From: Octopus vulgaris
Taxonomy: Eukaryota
DNA: 64,000 nucleotides
Reading direction: 5' to 3'
Assembly (NCBI GenBank): GCA_951406725.2
Contig: OX597819.1
Location: forward strand, 39,804,001-39,868,000
The notes below the pieces were generated by a model. The model was not told the origin of the DNA, did not search any database, and saw only the letters and a list, made by a program, of their open reading frames with translations. The translations under genes and the position numbers were made by a program. The stretch's first letter is position 1. Each line of letters starts with the position of its first letter. Positions 56,770-64,000 of the stretch are shown piece by piece.

Positions 56770-57160
56770 AGGTGCAGGAGTGGCTGTGTAGTTAGTAGCT
56801 TGCTTACCAACCACATGGCTCTGGGTTCAGTCCCACTGCGTGGCACCTTGGGCAAGTGTCTTCTACTATAGCCTCGGGCCGACCAAAGCCTTGTGAGTGG
56901 ATTTGGTAGACGGAAACTGAAAGAAGCCTATCGTATGCATGTATGTATATATATAAATATATATGTGTATGTGTGAGTATGTGTTTGTGTGTCAACCGAT
57001 GCTGGTGTGTTTACGTCCCCGTAAGCTAGCGGTTCGGCAAAAGAGACCGATAGAATAAGTACTAGGCTTACAAAGAATAAATCCTGGGATCGATTTGCTC
57101 GACTAAAGGCGGTGCTCCAGTATGGCCGCAGTCAAATGACTGAAACAAGTAAAAGAGAAT
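56770..57160 (+). mobile_element. SINE family A
   Basis: Full head-to-tail match to the family. Confidence 0.9.
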
Positions 57161-57164
57161 AAAA

Positions 57165-57481
57165 GAGAAGAAGAAGAAGAAGAAGAAGAAGAAGAAGAAG
57201 AAGAAGAAGAAGAGGAGGAGGAGGAGGAGGAGGAAGAGGAGGAGGAGGAGGAGGAGGAGGAGGAGGAAGAAGAAGAAGAAGAAGAAGAAGAAGAAGAAGA
57301 AGGGGGAGGAGAGGAAGAAGAAGAAGAAGAAGAAGAAGAAGGAGGAGGAGAAGAAGAAGGAGGAGGAGAAGAAGAAGAAGAAGAAGAAGGAGGAGAAGAA
57401 GAAGAAGGAGAAGAGGAGAAGAAGAAGAAGAAGAAGAAGAAGAAGAAGAAGAAGAAGAAGAAGAAGAAGAAGAAGAAGAAG
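57165..57481 (+). repeat. ~315-bp uninterrupted polypurine (GAA)n/(GAG)n tract
   Basis: Directly visible. Confidence 0.95.
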
Positions 57482-60045
57482 ATAGGCTCATAATGATACA
57501 TCTAGTGATGGTGTCACCATAAAAACACTGGTAATTGCGCAACCTTATAATCGCTACCTCATATGAGAGACAATGAAGAAACAAAATATTGTGAATATTG
57601 GTGGTAATGAAACTGAAGCCAGTGATGTTGACAGTGTTACACTCGGTAGGCTCAGAGATTCTGATCCGGCTCCAGAAAGGGACCACCATACACGGCGTAG
57701 ATGGAGCAAACAAATTAATGCTGTGGTCATGGAGTGTTACTACCTGAGCAGCCCGGTAGATAAAAATGGTGATCAAATTAGGGGTTACCGACAACGTATG
57801 TATGATCATTGGAAAGAAAATAGATTATTTTAACTCATGAAACAAAGACTATGTGATCAAGCTAGAGCAATAAGAAAAAATTGTTGGTTCACAGAAATAG
57901 AGCTCGAAGCTATCAAAAGACGGGTCATGGACAATAGCAGCATAAATAAGAATGAAAATACAGTAAGAGTAATCTCATAGCACAAGAATGGAGCAGTGGT
58001 AGCATACTTGATGGGAGACATAGATGATCTAACAGAAGCCAATAAAACTAATGGTGATATGACAGATGAACAAAAGGCAATCTATGACAGAATTAAGGCA
58101 AAACTACAGGAGAACAATAGCGACATTATTTGCATCCTTAAAAAGGTTGATCTATGGAAATTGAACCAAGAAACGAAAAATGTCAATAAAATTCTGAAAT
58201 ACATCAGAACAAACAACATCACAGAAACAAATAATTTGATCAAGGCAGCATGTATTGTTGTAGCATAAAATGTGGGTGTCGATGTCAAGAAAAAGAAACA
58301 TAATGAGAGTGACAAAAGAAAAGATCCATGGTAGAAAAGAAGAATCCAGGCAGGGTTAGACATGCTCTCGAAGGAAATCTCTGTGTTAGGCTGAAAAGGG
58401 AAAGGGGAGTTTAAAAGCGAACAAAAATACAGGGTGCTGAAAAGGAAGTATAATATTGAAAGAAAGGGCCTCAAAGTAGTAGTGGAGGAACTGAAACAGC
58501 GCCTCGTTGCAAAGAAAGCAAAGATTGTAGGTACGGCTAGAGAATAAAGGGTTACCACCAGAATAGGTTATTCAGAGTGGATCAGAAGTGATTCTATAAA
58601 GAAATAAATGGAGGATGTGCAGATGAAAAGTTGATACCAGATAATATTGAAAGTCAAAGGTTTTGGGGTGACATCTGGAGCAAAGACGAGGATCACAAGA
58701 AGGATGCTGAATGGTTGCAAAAACTGAAACAAACAGTAGTCTGTCCAAAACAGGCAGAAGTAGTCATTCCAGTAGGGGAAGTGAATGAAATCAACAAACA
58801 ATGAGCAACTGGAGGGGCCCCGGGACCAGATGGAATTCAAGGTTACTGGATCAAAAGATTTGGTGAATAGCTGCGCAACTCAACACTTTGTTAAATGCCG
58901 ACCAAGCAACACCAGACTGGAATATTTGCAGAGTCAATGTACGAACATCTAGAAAAAAATGGAGTCCTGCCACATAAGCAGAAGGGATGCAAGCGTAAGT
59001 ACAAGGGTACCAAGAATAAACTCCTAATAGATAAAACTGTGCCCAGAGACTGCAAGAAGAGGAAAAGTAACTTAGCCATGTCATGGATCGACAATCGTAA
59101 GGCGTATGATATGATCCCACATTTTTGGATTATGGAGTGTATGAACCTGTTTGGGATTGCGTCGAATGTTGAGCGACTGCTTGGAAAAGTATGGCGAATT
59201 GGAGGACGGACCCCTGACAGCATACAGAAGAAGTTTAGGGACAGTAGAAATTAGGAGGGGCATCTTCCAAGGGGACTGCCTGTCACCACTGATCTTTATA
59301 CTGTGCTTGATACCACTGACACTGATCCTGAGGAAAGCAAAAGCTGGGTATAAAATACATAAAATACAGAATTGACAACACATCAGAAAGTGATAAGTGC
59401 AGAATCTGCGAACAAAAAGGTGAAACTGTATGGCATATTACCAGCCAATGTACGCCACTAGCCCAGAAGGAATATGAGACGCCACGACAATATAGCCAGG
59501 CTTGTCCATTGGACACTCTGCAACAAGTATGGACTTGACTGAGCAAAAAATTGGTACGACCACAAACCTGAAGGCATTGTAGAAAATAGAAATGCAAAGA
59601 TCGTATGGGATTTTATGAGTCAGTGCGATCATGAGATTGAGAATAGGAAGCCAGACATAGTTTTAACTGAGAAAGAGAATAAAGTATGCTGGGTCTTAGA
59701 CATAGCATGCCCAGCTGACAACAAGGTATGCGATAAGGAAGAAAGAACAGTCGAGAGATTTGACAGGTTAGCTTGGGAAGTTAAGCAGTTGTGGTCGATG
59801 AAAAAGGTAGCAGTAGTACCAATAATTATCGGAGCGCTGGGAAAAGTGATCAAATATCTCGAGAAGAACGTAGAACAAATAGGGGCTGCAATAAAGGTGG
59901 AGCACTTTCAGAAAACAGCACTGCTTGGAACCGCTCGAATACTCTGGAAGGTGCTCGAAAAATAAGAGCTGTTACCTTAGTTCACTGGTAGTGAACAGCT
60001 AATACTGCAGTACATCTCCAGCAATAGAAGCTGTGCAATGGCAAC
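57482..60045 (+). pseudogene. R4/Dong-type non-LTR retrotransposon, decayed and internally deleted, both ends present
   Basis: N-terminal WSKQINAVVMECYYLSSP..GYRQRM; [46 protein letters not shown]; RLE NRKPDIVL..LDIACPAD..PIIIGALG..QKTALLGTARIL; (CAA)/(TAA)n tail. Confidence 0.92.
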
Positions 60046-60118
60046 AACAACAACAACAACAACAATGATAATGATGATGATAATTATGATAATAATAATA
60101 AGCAGAATTTTGATGATG

Positions 60119-60191
<73 letters not shown>

Positions 60192-61497
60192 TGATGGTGC
60201 CGATGAACTAAGGTACGCAAGCGCGTGTGTGCATGTTAGAATAGTGTGAGTGTGTATGTGTGAATGGAGGCGAGTGCGTGATTATGTATGTGTGGGCGAG
60301 CTGAAAATTATGTGGACCTGTGTGTGTGTATGTGTACATATGTGTGTACAATGTGCTGTTGGTGTTTAAGCATTCATTGCTACGTTTGATGTTATTGTGC
60401 CGATAGATTTTTTTCTGTTTTTTTCTTCTGTACATGCTTTATGTTAAAAAGACAAAAATCATATGATCAAGGTTGGATTGGGTGAGATTCATTTGAATAT
60501 ATACGTGTGTATACATAGTGTTATGTAGGTTTTATCTATTTATCTAAGTACTCATCTCTCCCTCTTTCTCTCCATATACATATACGTGTGTATGTGTGTG
60601 AATGTGTAAGCATACAAACACACACATAAATATATATACATGCATAAACGTATGTATATATGTATGTATTTATGTATGTATGTATACAGGAATGTATGTA
60701 GCATGTATGTACGTATGTTTATGAGAAGAGATAAGGAGTATTTTAAAAATACCTTTTTATGCATAAGTTAAACTACATATTTTTACCTACAGAACAGAAT
60801 GGAAAAAAATACTGAAACTTGTTTTTCTATGTCCTGCTAACAAAGCAAAATATAAATAAGAAACAAACAAATAAACAAACAAACAGAGGGAGGGATAGTT
60901 CTGGTTTATAAAACAAATTATGTAAATTTATTGACAAACTTATCTCTTTCAGAGTGACCAGGGTCTTGAATTTTGTTGACAAGGAAAGATAAGCTAAATG
61001 CCATTCGAGATAAATCCTTAATTTACAGAAAGTACCTCTTCAAGAGAACGGTAAACAACGGCAATTGTAAGAAACTGTAACCCATATGTGTGTGGTTGCG
61101 AAACCATGCATGTACTCAGTTCGAAGTTCAAGATATTTTTCACATTAAGTTTTGTCATATTAAGTTCGTGTTTTAATTCCCATCTTGTATGAACGTTATA
61201 CTGTTTAGATTAAATTTCCAATATAATTAGGTAAGGAAAATGTTCCCTTTTTTAACTATCGCTTAGCTGCTACCTATTGAATTCAATAGCATTGGCTCTC
61301 ATCAATATATCTGGGCATTTGGAAATATATTCGCTTGAGTCTATGTGTTTAGGTGCGGACGTGGTCTTAGGTTCAATCTCATTATGCGACACCCTGGGCA
61401 AGTGCCTTCTCCTATAGCCCCTATAATGGCTTGTACCAAAATTTGAAACCATTATTATTATGCAAGTGCATGCTAGTTTAGTTAGCACGTATTTTAC

Positions 61498-61790
61498 CTT
61501 CCAAAAACAATTCTTAAGATTCTTTCAGAACATAGGGTGGTTCTTTTCTGTTGGTCGACAATGTGTGTCTCAACGCCAATCTCTTTCAATCTTTTAGGTA
61601 ACATTTGGGGTTTTTCCAAGTGCACTAATAACTAGAGGAACAGTTCTGTTGGTCTTCCAGTCTCCTCAGCTGTCTAACAACATCCTGATATTTCTCATTT
61701 TTTTCTGTTTCTTTGGTATCGGCTTTGCTATCATAAGGAATTGCAAAATTTATGATGGTGGTGCAGATTGCTAGGTTTAATGCCAAAGGG
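61498..61790 (-). pseudogene. R4/Dong-type RLE 3' fragment
   Basis: IINFAIPYDSK.DTKE.EK.EKYQD..RQLRRL...LPKRLKEIGVE...QKRTTL.SERILR. Confidence 0.7.
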
Positions 61791-62055
61791 ACGAGCAATC
61801 TTACTTTGGATCTAAACAAGATAGGTATAAAAACGCGCACGTGCACAGACACACACACACGCACACATACACACACGAGCTATCTCTCCTGATTTTATAA
61901 CCCTAGAAGTTAACCATCTATTTACTCTTAAACACTTTTACTTGTTTCAGTCGTGAGACTGGAGCACCATCTTATATTGTAATTGTTTGTCGTACTGTTA
62001 TTTTTATTTATATATTTATGGTGGCACCGACTTAGGTTTGTGTGTGTGTGAGAGA

Positions 62056-62098
<43 letters not shown>

Positions 62099-62256
62099 GT
62101 GTCTTCAGATATCCATGACAGGTTTTTCTGTTACCTGCTATACTGTAGGGAATATGAAATTGTTAATAATTTGTGTAAAGTGAAAAGTGCATATCTTTGG
62201 AGGTTTCAACATTAGTCATCGTATCTTTTTGCGGAACACAGATAAGGTAAAGTGTG

Positions 62257-62380
<124 letters not shown>

Positions 62381-62389
62381 GCACATATA

Positions 62390-62800
62390 CTCTTTTACTC
62401 TTTTACTTGTTTCAGTCATTTGACTGTAGCCATGCTGGAGCACCGCCTTCAGTCGAACAAATCTACAACAGGACTTATTCTTTGTAAGCCTAGTACTTAT
62501 TCTATCGGTCTCTTTTGCCGAACCGCTAAGATACGGGGACGTAAACACGCCACCATCGGTTGTCAAGTGATGTTGGGAGGACACAGACACACAAACACAC
62601 ACACACACACACACAATATATATATATATATATATATACACGATGGGCTTCTTTCAGTTTCCGTCCACCAAATCCACTCATAAGGCTTTGGTTGGCCCGA
62701 GGCTATAGTATAAGACACTTGCCCAAGGTGCCACGCAGTGGGACTGAACCCGGAACCATGTGGTTCGTAAGCATGCCACTTACCACACAGCCACTCCTAT
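62390..62800 (-). mobile_element. SINE family A (further fragments at 61345-61425, 61935-61970, 62925-63035, 63938-63990)
   Basis: Full-length match to the family. Confidence 0.9.
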
Positions 62801-63568
62801 ACATATATATATATCAACAATATCGAACAGAAGATATGTGTTTTGGCAGTTTGTGGACCTACAATCGCAGCCTGCCTCTCATTCATACTTGAATATATAT
62901 ATGTGTGTGTGTGAGGTGGGTGTATTCGAGGGTTACAATGGGCGACTCTTGCCCAAGTTGCCGCGCAGTTCGATAGAATCAAAGACTATGTGGTTGGGTT
63001 GCAAGCAACCTTCTTACCACACAGCCACGCATATACTTGTATATTTGTACAAGAGTACGCGCGCGCACGTGCGTGGAATGTATGTATTTATCTATATATC
63101 TGTTGTTGGTATTTACATACTTTATTATTACGGATGTTCTTAAGCTGAACCAAGATACGGCAGGCATATTCGTATTAGCATTGCACCAGTGACATCTGTC
63201 TCTGCAAAAGGAGATAGACTGGCGAGTAACACCCAATGATAAACAAAATAAACATAATGCAAGGAGTACAAAACGTGAGCATGAAGAATGAAATGGTCAC
63301 GATAGAGTAGAACAAAAATGACCAGATAGTGAGTGGAATTTTAAGAGATAATGATGGGTGTGTCCTAAGGTCAAATCTAAATGACTTGTAAGATACATTA
63401 ATTATTGCTCTAATATCGTAGCTAATTTAGTGAAAGGTCGACTAAGGGACGAAATTTAGTGTATTTGTGCGATTAGTGCTTATGTTACAACTCCTACAAT
63501 CTTTATGCGTCACGTCATTTTTCTCTTCTGATTGTTATTTAAGATAGCTATTATAAACTTTATGTAAG

Positions 63569-63935
63569 ACTAGCACTATGACCCGGCAACGCTGGGTCAT
63601 ACTGCTAGTGCACACATAAACAGCTGCGTGTGTGCGCACATACACGCGAGTACTGTCCAAATCTCCGTCCAATCACATACAGCTAGCTGGCATTCAATTG
63701 GCGTATCATGTTTCGGGCATTTTGATTGGGGTTTGGATAGAAAATTCACAAAAAAGTCACTTCTATTGATTTTTTAATGGCTTTGCGGGATGACTGGGGA
63801 AATGTAACGATGTGCACGACCACCTTGGACGGTTTTAAATGACCATAGAAAGTGCAAGTCCTCTAACTGAAAAATTGTGGATTTGTATAAAGGACACACA
63901 CACACAGACATTTTGCCGTTTATATATATACAAGA
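63569..63935 (+). mobile_element. Helentron/DINE-1-like non-autonomous element
   Basis: 5' palindrome ACTAGCA.TATGACCC.GC AAC GCTGGGTCATA.TGCTAGT; 3' (CA)n GACATTTTGCCGTTTATATATA. Confidence 0.55.
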
Positions 63936-64000
63936 AAGGTAGTGCTCCAACATGGCCACAGTCAAATGACTGAAACGAGAAAAGAGTAAAAGATATATAT

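Noticed and set aside
56770-56850. tRNA gene
   Set aside because: The A/B-box-like head continues into the multi-copy SINE A body and gives no complete cloverleaf.

Overview
Eukaryotic, very AT-rich DNA saturated with microsatellites and transposons. The repeat landscape resembles an octopod cephalopod; this is inferred, not database-checked. Nearly all tracked ORFs are translations of simple repeats. Supported content: (1) many copies of two tRNA-like SINE families; (2) decayed non-LTR retrotransposons (R4/Dong-type in (TAA)n, HERO-like, CR1-like, RTE-like, Penelope-like GIY-YIG); (3) decayed DNA transposons (mariner, two rosa/DD41D-like, hAT Charlie-like) plus MITEs and Helentron-like elements. 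Two signals stand out. First, about ten type I hammerhead-ribozyme motifs from at least seven sequence families sit in short elements, mostly embedded in (TA)n and often folded back; one (36142-36240) looks intact and several have non-canonical cores. Second, there is a coherent 5' end of a minus-strand host gene: an exactly spaced Inr+DPE promoter at ~24844, a non-coding exon 1, an acceptor at 15857, and a start-codon segment MGPSPVEELVFLDLE ending at a GTAAGG donor at 12737. One segment (49279-49790) is a fine-scale mosaic of two neighbouring repeats and is probably an assembly artefact.
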